64,000 nt of DNA from Mobula birostris (lineage: Eukaryota). The position numbers and the translations under genes were made by a program. Shown here one piece after another: positions 10,501 to 21,660 of the stretch. The stretch covers positions 25,785,821 to 25,849,820 of the forward strand of contig NC_092379.1 in the NCBI RefSeq assembly GCF_030028105.1. The letters are read 5' to 3'. Every line of letters begins with the position of its first letter. Within the stretch, counting starts at the first letter, position 1. The notes beneath the pieces were generated by a model, which was not told where the DNA came from, searched no databases, and saw only the letters and a program-made list of their open reading frames with translations.

Positions 10501-13229
10501 GCCTATGTAAATCTGGACGACAAGAACAACCACTCACTAGTCAGAACAGAGTTGGTCGAGTTCTTCGGCGTAGAGAGTAATCCTTTCCCATACTACCTTA
10601 GGACTTGCTCTGGCATTGCAGAAACGTATGGCAGGAAGGCAGAAGGCTTCCAGCTCGAGTCGCTGAATGACAAAGTTGTCATCTGTCTCCCTCCACTCTT
10701 AAAGTGCAAGGAGATCTTGAATAACCGATCCGAGATTCGGACGCCAATCGCAGTGCTACACCAGCCCCATGTCTACCACATTGCTAAGGACATCCCAGAA
10801 CAGGATCCAATAGCAGAAATACTCCTGCTACTCGGAAGAGACGTTCTTAGGATGCACAAAGTCAGGCAGCAGGCCAATGGACCACACAACGACCACTTCG
10901 ACCAACGTCTGGATCTGAGCTGGGTGCTGATAGGGGAGGTGTGCCTTGGCAACGTACACAAACCGACAGATAACACGCTCAAGACGAACGTGCTACAGAG
11001 TGGCCGCCATTCATGTTTTCAGCCCTGCACAAGCGGCATGTGTGTCAAGGAAGCACAATGGAATCACAAGCATAGTAAAGTAACTGAGAACACACTGAGA
11101 CAGGCAGTCTTCGCTCAAACAGAGCACGACAATGACTTGCTCCATCTGTAGAAGACGCCATCTTTAAAAAAAAAATAATGGAACAAAGGTCTTTAGATAC
11201 GAAGCAAACAATTGGGTCGTCCCACTACTGTTCAGTGGAGCACGCTAGCGCTTACCAAGCAACAAAGAGCAGGCAGTCATGAAGGCCTTTCCGCCCGATG
11301 ACAGTGCTCCAGCGATCAAGGACATAGATTTAGGTGAAGACACTATACATAGACAAACGAGTTTGGGTCACCTTCGGGAGATCACGACGACACATTCATG
11401 TTCTCCGTGCCGTCAACCAACAAATCATTCAACCGCCGTGGAGCTCTGTCCACTGTCAACAGTATTTTCTATCCTCGGGGTCTACTGGCACCGTTTACGA
11501 TCCAGGGAAGAGCCCTTCTCAGAGAACGTTCCTCCGAGAACTCCGACTGGGACTCTCCGCGACCAGAAAGACAAACTAAGCAGTTGGGAAGTTTGGAGAG
11601 ATTCACTTCAAGAAATAAGACAGCTTTATGTCAAACATGGTGTTCCCCGCTGTCATAAACGAAGCAATAGAAACCTGGATTGGTCATGATAATGAAGAAC
11701 CCGCATAATACTTCGAGAACCTTGTATCCAGTTTAAAGGAAATTGGTGAAATTGTCCATATTTACCTGATTGGAAAAAAAGGCAATCAGACGCACCCACG
11801 GGTAGTATCCTTGCACTGTGCTGATGATGCAATCAGTGTCAGTGGGCAAAATCAATTGCACCAGCTTTCAGTAAAATCTACTGCTGCTTGCCAGCATGGA
11901 AGTGACCTGACTGTTGTAGGTGGCCACATCCCATGAAGGATGTGGAGGTGCAACATGGAGACAATGGCCTGGGAACAATGCACGTCACTGCCAAGAGATC
12001 GTCTTCAGCCGTCCCAAGTGAAGATAGCATTTATTCATTGGGTGGGAAACTGTTCCGTATACACATTCTAGTGCTGTCATTGTTATGGGGTCTGTAATAA
12101 TATGTAGGTTGAAACAAACCAACTGGAGACTGCAGTGTGTCGGGCTTCTGGCGTTAACCTTAATGAAACTATCTATCTAATGGGTGAGGAAGAGAGTGAC
12201 CTGAAGTTCTTTACCAAACCATCTTGTCTCATTCGGTGTTTTGACACGCGTTCCAGGACATGCCAGTTAAAGCCCAATCTTCTCCCTTTTACAGGCCGTA
12301 TGCATGCTACTATTCACAAGGACCTGTTTTTATAGTAGCTGAGGGAGATTCTCTGATATGTTACAATCCGTTGCTTGACAGTTTCACCGGACTGCGCTTC
12401 CCAGAGTTTTGGAGTCCTGTGCCCTCCTTGTAGAAGATTGCCAGCTGCAATGGGTGTATTTCTGTTTGCAGAGATAAGTGTAAAAGGGGTAATGCCAGAA
12501 CATTAAAGCGGAACCCAGCCACATCTGTAGTATGAGTGATAAGTGGAATGGAGATATTGCTGACAGATTGGCAATTAGTTTTGGCGTGATTCTAATCAAG
12601 TACAGTAAACTGCAGCTTTTTTTTGTCGGATTTAATTTGTTGCGTGCACAAAATATTTGTTTTTTTTTAACTTCTGCAGATAACAACAACATTTCAGTCC
12701 TATGTATATTCTCTCAGATATTAATTGACCTAAACAATGTCAAACTATCGTCAAGTTGTACTCCAGACCGAGACCCGTTGCAGAGGTCGTTCTAATTCTG
12801 CCTAAATATTGATCTAGAGACTAACGTTTAATGCCATGTTCATAGTGACATCACAATGGTCAGGTGGGGAGTGTGTTGCCTTAAGGCATTCATTTAACTT
12901 TACTAAATCTCCGCTTTAAATAATTCGCTTGTAACTATTTTCTAGTTGTAGTTAAAGGTTGACAACTACGTTACAGTTTAACAAAAGATTTAAAAAAAAA
13001 ATCATTGTCTATGGTACCTCGCGGCATGTGATGACATCACCTCTAGTTTCGCTGCGTCTGGTGATTAACTTCCAGTTGGCAGAACGAGAAAGGGTGGGAT
13101 CACGCGTGTGCAGCATGAACGTGAAAAGCTCTATGTCTACCCACAAAGAAACATTGCAGAGGCAACGACACAAGTTCCGATGACAGTAGACATGTTGAAG
13201 TAAGTTTATTAACGCTGCTCTGTTAAAGG
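7510..13229 (+). mobile_element. BEL/Pao LTR retrotransposon, decayed and internally deleted
   Basis: Direct repeats at ~7510-7785 and ~12951-13229 (LTR parts). Gag motifs: KARIDIELEVLMLQRDADAAA, DNKPENYIAWYSSF...ELDLMTKWLG, and Cys/His cluster CPLHNKPH...CFKCC. Protease region LDDKNNHSL (~10513) and LLLGRDVLRMHKV. Pao RNaseH-adjacent motifs FPPDDSA..IKDIDLG and RRGALSTVNSIFYPRG. Integrase tail RPVAEVVLILP (~12770). Polypurine tract caggtggggag then TGT at ~12861-12874. Confidence 0.85.
11700..12110 (-). mobile_element. Rex1/Babar-like LINE RT fragment nested in the BEL element
   Basis: Antisense remnants resembling the WILDFL...GAPQGCVL region; strongly decayed. Confidence 0.35.
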
Positions 13230-13234
13230 CTCAG

Positions 13235-14090
13235 AACAGCTTAAATAAACTTGGCCAACTTCTACTGTTGTCCTCCTTCCCTTCTTCCCCAAGCAGGATA
13301 AACACAGAGAGGTTGATTCAAAGGGTGGTGTACTTTGCCGTCGTCCTTCATGAACCTCCAGGTGTATTCTCAAAAGCTAAGGAACGTGATTAGCAAAATC
13401 GCAGTCTTGGCCATGGCCATGTTTGACAGCTTCTATCTTGGACGGATCCGTATCTACTCAGTCTCGTGAGTGCCCAAAGTAGTTGACACGCATTTGCAGA
13501 ACAGGGCACCTGTTCAGTTACAGTTTTAACCATTCAGCTTTCAAGCGGCCTCACATCTTCAGTAGCCTCGGCTTGCACACATTCTGATTGGGATGGGACA
13601 ATATGTGATCAACCAGGTACATCAGTCCATGTGCCCACATTCTTTTCCAAGATGCGTGGGATCGAGGCTGGTCCGCCTGAAATACCCTGGGGCATTCTTT
13701 GAAATTGAAAGATTGCAATTTCGTATACAAATTTCGTTTTCTGTTTGTCAACTTCACCCATGGATACATGATAATACTCACTCCTTAGATACAGCACAAG
13801 GAGCAATTTCGCCCCCAGGGGTAGGCCATCGAATCCTCAATCCGCGGAATAGTATACTGATCGGGTCAATACGCAAAATTCAACACACAATGCGCACTAT
13901 CACGTGTCTCTTAGTCACAGCAACCATGGAGGACAAATAGGAACTCCATGACTCAGGGGTAATGCCAGCTTCCTTCTATTTCAGCAGATGCTGCAGAACA
14001 TCCGCCCCCTATGCTTTTTCTGAAAAAGGATCCCCTCTGTCACTTGGATACTGCGGGGAGTACTCTTGAAGCAACGCACATCAACCCCTC
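13235..14090 (-). mobile_element. Gypsy/Ty3 reverse transcriptase fragment
   Basis: Minus-strand FQFQRMPQGISGGPAS, VLYLRSEYYHVSMGEVDKQKT and KIEAVKH-type motifs. It abuts and truncates the BEL 3' LTR. Confidence 0.85.
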
Positions 14091-15369
14091 TTTAGAAAAG
14101 ATATTTTTGAAATTTAACATTTGTCCGTCCATCTCTCTTTCCAGTCGTCAGGTACCGGGGAAGTACTAAATTTGAATAACTTGCCTGTCAATGGTTCTGT
14201 TCCAAAAAATTGTCCCCTCCTGGTTTTCTTAAATAAACACCCGGCGTTACAGCTACAGGGGAAAAAAAAAGTGACAACAAGGAGGGCCTCGACATCAGGC
14301 CTTCTGGGGAATTTCGGATATCTCGTCACTTCGTCATTCTAACTACATTCCCAGGCCAAAATATGAAAGTTTTGTACGATGTGTACAACTATTTTTCTAA
14401 TTTCCGCTGATCTTCCTGCCGAAGATGGTTTTGCAATTTCTTAAAATATCTCTGTACGCCGGGTTGATAGCCAAGCTTTTAAGTAAACGTTCTCCAACTT
14501 TCTTCTTGCAAAGTCCAATTGGCCTCCTCACAATAGGAGTATCTGCTCCTAGAAGAAATGCAGCTTCACCCTACTCAATCGAAATCCGGTCAGTCTAACA
14601 TTAAGTATCAAGTGGCTCGGCTACTCCAATATCTGCCTCGGAATCTGCAGCTTCAACGACAAAAAAACCATCATACTTGTAGACATAATCATAAAGGCCC
14701 AAAAGCTCCAGTGTACCAGGTGACGTCAATGATAGGTGTTGTGAAATATCTGTTGCGGAATGATCTACACGGTAGAATAAATTGAGTGCCTACTTCAAGT
14801 GTGGGTCTAGCAAAAAATCGTTCAATCTGTCGCGATACGCTGGAGCTTGGACAACTACGCCTTCAGAAAAAGGGTTTCGCACAGTCAATGCTCCTTGATA
14901 CATTGATTGAAGCGTCCAGACCTCACTCCCCCCCCACAACCCGCGAGACACCGGGACGTTCCCTTAGTTGGTCTCTCCATGGTGTCCTGATTTGTCCTTC
15001 TGTTTAGGCAACCGTTGATTGACATTCTGAACTTTTTCCCGTACTTTGCATTATCATTTGAAATGTCGATTCTCATCATAGTTACACAGACAATACTGAC
15101 CGTTCCCCGTTTCAAAGGGACCGTTCAGGAGCAGCTGTCTGCTTCGTACGTCCAGACAGCTGGATCGGCTCCCTGTCGGCTTTCACACGCTTGATGGTAG
15201 GACCTGCCGATATCATCCGGGATACATCGGCTGTATAATATTTCACGAAATCCTGTGAAACTTCTATTGCGTGACAACAGGAATCTGTTCAGCAACAGGG
15301 GCCACTACCGAGGAATGTGCCCTGATCACGGAGGCCTCCTGCTCCTTCAGAACGTTTATCCATTTCTTA

Positions 15370-15595
15370 TGCAAACAACAGGAATTCTGCAGATGCTGGA
15401 AATTCAAGCAACACACATCAAAGTTGCTGGTGAACGCAGCAGGCCAGGCAGCATCTGTAGGAAGAGGTGCAGTCGACGTTTCAGGCCGAGACCCTTCGTC
15501 CTGACGAAGAGTCTCGGCCTGAAACGTCGACTGCACCTCTTCCTACAGATGCTGCCTGGCCTGCTGCGTTCACCAGCAACTTTGATGTGTGTTGC
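15370..15595 (+). mobile_element. Young 226-bp PLE-type insertion forming a long hairpin, with 13-bp TSD
   Basis: TSD TATCCATTTCTTA at 15357-15369 and 15596-15608. Inverted arms 15407-15500 and 15503-15596 (the last base overlaps the TSD) have one mismatch. Confidence 0.92.
15498..15531 (+). ncRNA. Minimal type-I hammerhead ribozyme motif
   Basis: gtc-CTGACGA-agagtctcggcct-GAAAC-GTC-gac. Stem I is gtc/gac, with conserved cores CUGANGA and GAAA, a palindromic ACGU in place of stem III, and predicted cleavage after 15528. Stem II carries one G>A change. Confidence 0.7.
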
Positions 15596-16049
15596 TATCC
15601 ATTTCTTACCTAGCTGATCAGTTCAAGAAACGACGGGGGGCGGGGGGCATCCTCCGGGAAATAGAGTCGCTTAATGAATCACATAACTTGTCTGGGCGCC
15701 CTTTCGCCATTCAGCCAGATGAAAGTCTCCTTTTAGCCGCAAGCAAAGCAACTGTCTGTCTAGTAGAAAAAGTGTAGTCAGAATGCTAAAATAAAAATTG
15801 CAAATATCCGATATAAGCTCCATTGCACTTCCCGTCGAGGCGAAAACGCTTTCTAGCGCTTGCAAGTTGCACGCAGAAGTGGCGAATTATTTGTCCTTCT
15901 TCAATAAGCTTGCTATTTCAGCAGCCGGACCCTTCAGACTCTCTGTCAGTCGCTGTATTTTCACATTATCGGAGCACTGCCACTAATCCAGTATGTTTTA
16001 GATGTCTACTCCGCCGAAGCCACATATTTCTCCTATCCCTCGCTGTTGG

Positions 16050-16440
16050 TCTCAGATCCGAGAAAATACTCAGCCTACGCTAAACTCGACTCTCTGCTCG
16101 CGGACTTTGCCATTATCCACCAAGAGCGCAATTGCCGAATAAAATCAGAATTTTCAACCGTCGCAGAAGCACTTACTGGACAAGTTGTCCAGTTCACTCG
16201 GCAGAAACGAGAGTTTAAACCTCCCCCTCACCTACCAGTGTCTCAACTTCCAGTTCTGCACCCTTGCCGACACTCCCCAATTCACTGACGACCTCTCCTC
16301 TCCCGGAACCCCAAGTATAACATGCAGATCCACTCCCTCTATGTCATTGTTAGTCTGAACTAAACCGACATCTTTGCCCGCCGTTGGTCCAAGCTGCCAT
16401 TCTCTGATTGTTACTTCCGGAATAATGGAACGGAACTTAA
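16050..16440 (+). mobile_element. Decayed Penelope-like RT fragment
   Basis: Remnants resembling the KIH...IVS...TEL...L..LVQ.LP motif of PLE reverse transcriptases. Confidence 0.4.
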
Positions 16441-16878
16441 CACTCTCATCAGTACTTCATCTGATGATATCCATTCCGTTCCTCACAGCAGCCTTATTTT
16501 CGTGTAATCCTTTTTAAATCGCACCAATACTTGATCGCTGTGGCATATATTACCATATACTGTAATCACTGATTAAGTTCCAGGCGAGTCCCCTGAATGA
16601 CAACAGTTTGTGATAATTGTCCCTGGAGATGCAGCTCGATTACGCCTCGCTAACAAGAACCACCTCAGCGGTGAGAGAACCACCCAAAAGAATCGTGACT
16701 AGGTCGGTATGACTTTGGTACCACTGAAACCGTGATGTATTCATCTGGCGCCCAAGTGAACTCTGATTTATCTGAATACTGTGTAAAAGACGCCCTCATA
16801 CAAATGTCTGTCAGCCATAAATACCTGATAGCGAATGGCATAAAATCTTACAAAATGTGATGTGTTTGGTATTTCCTC

Positions 16879-18702
16879 TGTCATAAGGTGGGCGTTGATG
16901 GGTGAAACCACATGAAAGACACAGACACTGCACTCCTAGAAACTGGACTGGACTAGAGTTATGGCGGGACAGGACGGGACACAGACTAGGGCTAGGAATT
17001 TGGCTAGGCAAGCGGGACCAGGACAAGGAATTGGGAATTAGGGCCCTTGGATAGGACTCCGAGCAAGAGACTGGACAGGGACCAGAACCTGGATCTTGAG
17101 TCAGGCTTGGACCCCGGAAGTAGGCCGAGGACATGACGTGATTACAGAACTGGACATGGCTTGGGTTCTTCGAGGCATGGGTTCTTCGAGGCATGTGTTC
17201 TTCGAAGCCTGGGTATTGACTCCGAGACAGAGACAGTTCAAGAACCTAGAACCTGGATCCTGACTCGGGCTCGGACTCCAGAACTAGGCGATGAGACGAT
17301 GTGGCTACACGACTGGAAGAAGCTTGGATTCTTCGAGAATTCCCTGGGCAGGACGAGGTACTCCTGACCTGCGCGAGGCACAAAGATAGGACGAGGCACC
17401 AAAGCCTTCAATTGGTCCTGGGAGAAAAGGAAAAACAGAGATTAATTTAAAGAGTTTCTTCTTTTATGTTATTGCTAAGGCTAATAAAATGTGTTTCTTT
17501 TTATGTTAAAAATAAAATGGCTTCTCTGTGACGTTACCTGCTCAGACAGTGGTTCTCTCTTTCTAGCAGATTATTTGGGTTATAATTACTGATAACGAGA
17601 ATTGTATTCATTTTCGTACGGATTGGGATATATTTTATTCTTTATTGTGTGTCTGTGAGCTATTGTTTTCGCGGGCTTTGGGCGTAGGCGCGATGTGGAC
17701 AGAGAGAGGAGACGCGATACTGTAAACTGAGCATTGGAATGGACCCCGAAGGGGAGTCAGAGGTCCAGGGTCTTCAGCGAGGAGTGGAGAGGTGGACAGT
17801 CTGGTGTGTCGCGTCTGGACGACCACCATGTTTCGTCCCTGGCGGCAGGACGAGGAGGTCTGAGTGGATCGAATGGTGGCAAGAAGACTCCTTTAATTGA
17901 GCTCCAACGGTTGTGCACGAAGTGGTTGAACCTTGATAGGTTTAACGCCTTTTACTTTACTTTTATATTGTATCTCTCTTAGTTATATAGTTCCAGTGAG
18001 ATCTATAAAGTGTAATAATTTAATCGCATACGATGTACTGTCTGTTATTTGACGTGGTGGGGTACATCACACAGCATCTACACAAGCTTGAAAACCTGGA
18101 ATAAGGAACAATGGACCGGACCGTGACCCGGAATGTGGACTTCACGGATGAGAGCATGACAGAGCCCCGCTCCCCCCGGGACCCATCGTTGATAACAGGA
18201 CTTGGGACCAGGGCTATACACAGAATCAGGACTCCTCCTAGGGAGCTGGACGTAGGGTCGGTACTCGTACACAAAACATTGAGAGACAGTTTCCATTCAA
18301 GGTAGCAGCAAACGGCCAGACTTACGCAGCGGAGTCGAGGGCACCAAGAGACGGTTCCCAACTCAAGATAGCGGCAAACGGCTGGAACTACCTCGCGAAA
18401 GTGAGGACACAAAAATACAGTTCCAAACAACAATAAACAATTCCTTATCTTGACACAGCAAGGCTCCATTCTGGATCCGGCGGTAGAACTTGACAGCGAT
18501 ACAGGGGAGGTTGCAGGGAAGGCTTCAGGCAAGGCATCAGAAGGAAGAAGGGAAGGGCACAGTCCTGCAAATGAAGCTGAACCCAACAGTTATTTATGTG
18601 GCCAGTCCAAAATCAGAATCCGGTGCTGCAATTCGAGCACCTAACAGAACAAGGGCAAACTGGAAATCCTGGAATTAGGAACGATGGACCGGGCCGTGAA
18701 CA
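16879..18702. mobile_element. Solo-LTR-like element with 5-bp TSD, containing a nested repeat
   Basis: Begins TGTCA and ends GTGAACA, flanked by TCCTC on both sides. Shares internal motifs with 48193-49294. Contains a 3x16-bp tandem repeat at 17162-17209. Confidence 0.75.
17410..18075 (+). mobile_element. LTR-like repeat nested in 16879-18702, same family as 42090-42480
   Basis: Shared blocks tgagctccaacg and gggta(c/t)at(c/t)acacagca with the 42 kb copy. Confidence 0.5.
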
Positions 18703-19041
18703 TCCTCGTGCCAACTCTTATACACTGACCGCCGGTAGAACACAATCAAATCGCGCTTCCCCGTTGTATTACAACCTCCGGCCGGTTTTCTCTACCTGTT
18801 TCTCTCTCTGTCTCCAACTCAAAAAAAAAAAAAAAAAATCATTGTCCTACCACAATATATGTCACAAAATCTGTCCGTCCAGCGCTCCCTAGAACCTTTT
18901 CCCCATCATGATAGGATAACACGACACTTAATCAGTTAAAATGTTTCAGCGTGTTGCAGAACAGTTTTGCTCATTCCTAAAAATAAATCAGTATTATCAT
19001 GCGAATATTCGGTAATGAAATCTCCAAAATGACCTCATTAA

Positions 19042-19393
19042 CCCGTACATACGTTTCAGGTCAAATTCGACCCGTTTTCACATTTGGCAGCAGGAAAAAA
19101 AAACACGCCCTAAATGCCATTTTAGCCGAAATTTGAAGACTTTTCCTAAAGTGACCCAAAATACACCAAGGTGAAGTTGTTTGTATCTATATAATTGTAT
19201 TAATTTCTACAAATTTTTGTTCGGTACCTATTGCAGTGTATTTTAGATCTCTGAAACCTTAATTAAGGAATAATCACCATTTATTAATATCAGAAAGGCT
19301 AAGTAGTTCTGTGGATCAAAACTTGGTATGGACACTTGTTACGACTGGATTCATGGGCCGGGTCAAAATTGATCTGGACGATACTGTGAAGGA
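19042..19393. mobile_element. piggyBac-like non-autonomous element (MITE)
   Basis: TTAA-CCC start (19038-19044), degenerate GGA-TTAG end, and subterminal ggtcaaa..tgacccg motifs. A second copy lies inverted at 36740-37141. Confidence 0.6.
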
Positions 19394-19904
19394 TTAGAAT
19401 ATGAACAGGTGTCTGGTTTAACTAATGTGTTCTTTATAGTTTCTGATGAATGCTCCACTGTCATTTCCCGCATTTTTCCCCTTGTCATTAGCCGCCCTGT
19501 CCTTTCTCACTTCATTCGTTTTATTGTAAGAAACTTGTCCAATTGTATTTTGATGTCTTACTTTTTTTTGCCGTCTCAACGTACATACTCTCAGTATATT
19601 TGAAGTTTATCTTCCCACGCCCTACCTCTCGGTGTCTCACATGGATTCAATTATGACCCGCCAAATGTTGCTCATCCACAGCCGTTTATCCAGCTTTTGA
19701 GCCTTCCTGTCTGTCATAATGAAACATTTGGGTCTGTACCTTTGACTGCTAAATACTTGCAACTTGATTAGCTGTTGGGCCAGAATGTGTGTGTCTTACT
19801 GAATAAGAAAAAAACACAAACAAACATACATACAGGAGACACTGAGGCAGGAATGGGGCACAGGCGGTGTGGTAAGTTGGTAAGATGGAGAGAGACAGCG
19901 AGAC

Positions 19905-20042
19905 NNNNNNNNNNNNNNNNNNNNNNNNNNNNNNNNNNNNNNNNNNNNNNNNNNNNNNNNNNNNNNNNNNNNNNNNNNNNNNNNNNNNNNNNNNNNNNNN
20001 NNNNNNNNNNNNNNNNNNNNNNNNNNNNNNNNNNNNNNNNNN
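19905..20042. other. N gap or masked tract within an AG-rich repeat, upstream of V2
   Basis: Ns flanked by gagagagacagcgagac and gatagataaagatagaagagacagag. Confidence 0.95.
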
Positions 20043-20267
20043 GATAGATAAAGATAGAAGAGACAGAGAAGCCAGAGCACGTAATGGCAGAGGATTGCAC
20101 TCAAACAACAGCAGCTGTGAGATCCTAGCCAATTGCAAACAAGGAACAAGTCTCTGTAGAACAAAAACTAACACAGTCCCTGATCTTTGGCAATACTGCT
20201 TACGGTGGAAGCATAAGCACGGGACACTTATTCACGGCTTTCAGTTTTTATTACGAAAGTAGTAGTA

Positions 20268-20697
20268 ATGTTGCGTATCTGTCTATTTGATATAATTCTG
20301 TTCCCGGTGAGTCTGTGTTCCACTGCTGGTTGTGGGTTTGATTGCTTGATTCACTGACAGCTTTTTCACAATCTTTGTCATGTGTCGCAGGAACGTTTGG
20401 AGATGATAGAAACTCCCAGTATCTGCCTCAATTAATGGTTGAAAAAGGACAAAACTTAACATTGACATGCACTTACCCTGAAACATATGATGGTTATAAT
20501 GCCTTCTGGTGCATCAGATATCCCGGAAAATCTCCAAAATGTATACTGTGGAGTTTCAGCAGCCGGTCCGTAGACCGGTCAGCACTGGCTTCGAAGGTGT
20601 TTTCGTTTTTTTATTAGAGAGAAAATAAGCGGCTAGATTTAACTATCTTTGGTGTTCTTATCTCTGACTATGCCTCCTATCTCTGCGCAATGACTAT
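20268..20697 (+). pseudogene. TCR alpha/delta-type V pseudogene V2, paralog of V1
   Basis: Leader 20268-20306 is 39 nt (phase 0) but the acceptor at 20390 needs phase 1. The V exon reads GTFGDDRNSQYLP...LTCTYPETYDGYNAFWC...SVDRSALASKVFSFFY*RENKRLDLTIFGVLISDYASYLCAMT, with in-frame TAG at 20615-20617 where V1 has CAG. Confidence 0.9.
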
Positions 20698-20736
20698 CAC
20701 TGCGCATCACAGAAGCAGTGAATCTGTTCAAAGACT
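20698..20736 (+). promoter_or_regulatory. Degenerate 23-RSS of V2
   Basis: CACTGCG, 23-nt spacer, TCAAAGACT; aligned with the V1 RSS. Confidence 0.85.
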
Positions 20737-20762
20737 CTCACTGCAGCAGTTCGAGCTAGCGG

Positions 20763-20776
20763 TCTCCAGATGGCGT
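20763..20776 (+). promoter_or_regulatory. CTCF-like motif just downstream of the V2 RSS
   Basis: TCTCCAGATGGCGT, 11/14 match to CCACCAGATGGCGC. Confidence 0.45.
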
Positions 20777-21239
20777 CACCAGCAATCGGAGATTGCGAGC
20801 GCATTCGTAACATGATGGCATTCCTCAGCAAATCGATTGCATACCTGCTCTACAGTAAAAATATGATCCATCGCTTCTCCTATCCTAACGGGATTTACAG
20901 GCTCAATTGCAGCTGCGTGTAATTACGATGGGAATGGATTTTCTGCCATCTCACAAGCTGTTCGATATTCATGGGCTGACTGTAAAAAAAAAAAAAAAAA
21001 AAACTTCCTTGCACTCTACAGGTTAGTTCAATGAACTCACCAGATCGATGTCAGTGGGTCGCCGAATATCTATGCTCCGTCCGCCAGAACAAGTGGGATT
21101 TAATCGTGTCTCACCCACTTTTTGGTTCCACTTCCCATTCCTATTCCTATATGTCCACCTATAGCCTCCTCCACTGTTCTGATAAGGACAAACATAGTTT
21201 GGAAAAACAACATTTTATATTCCGTATTTTTCGTTTAGG

Positions 21240-21660
21240 GCGAATCCAATCTGATGACATGAATATTCATTTCTCAAACTTACCATAATGCCTCCACTAC
21301 TTCACTATTTTCCGTCCTATTTTCACTCTCATGTTATCACCTAGCCCACGAATATCTTCCGTCTGGTGCTCCTCCCCCTTCCCTTCTTTTATTTCTTCTA
21401 AGGCCTTGTGTCCTTCTCGCTTTGCTCTTTGCTTTATTTCTCCCCCTTCAGGGTTAACTTATCTCCTGGTTTTACTCTCTCTCCTCCCACACCTTTCAAA
21501 TCTATTCCTCAGTATTTTTTTTCCTTCCTTTTCTCCGCAGTCCTGGAACATCGGCTGTATTTTTTTTTCTTTTCTTTTGATATGCCTGGCATTTTAGGTT
21601 TATCTAGCGGTTTTTTGTTGCCAGGTTTACCAGCATCTGCAGATTTTTACTTGTTTTCAG
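21240..21660 (+). mobile_element. PLE terminal fragment inserted into the V2 downstream flank
   Basis: Pyrimidine-rich tract ending ...ccagcatctgcagatttttacttgttt, the family 3' end. No counterpart was seen in the V1 flank. Confidence 0.6.

Larger units (their letters stand above)
14650..15950 (+). mobile_element. Possible decayed DIRS-type (tyrosine recombinase) retrotransposon fragment
   Basis: Remnants LIEASR..., LNFF..LHY and CSFRTFIHFL (read across the 226-bp insert) resemble DIRS recombinase regions; there is no intact catalytic motif. Confidence 0.35.

Noticed and set aside
15370-15595. Palindrome and repeats as a CRISPR array or prokaryotic element
   Set aside because: There is no repeat-spacer array, and the context is a vertebrate genome with spliced genes.
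15255-15617. Overlapping ORFs across the hairpin and at 33235-33694
   Set aside because: By-products of the non-coding repeat, with no coding signature.
20161-20169. ACAAAAACT nonamer upstream of V2
   Set aside because: No CAC heptamer at 12 or 23 bp; chance match.
20500-20550. Two extra cysteines in V2 framework 2, suggesting a NAR-like V
   Set aside because: V2 is a close paralog of conventional V1 and is already pseudogenised; drift is the simpler explanation.
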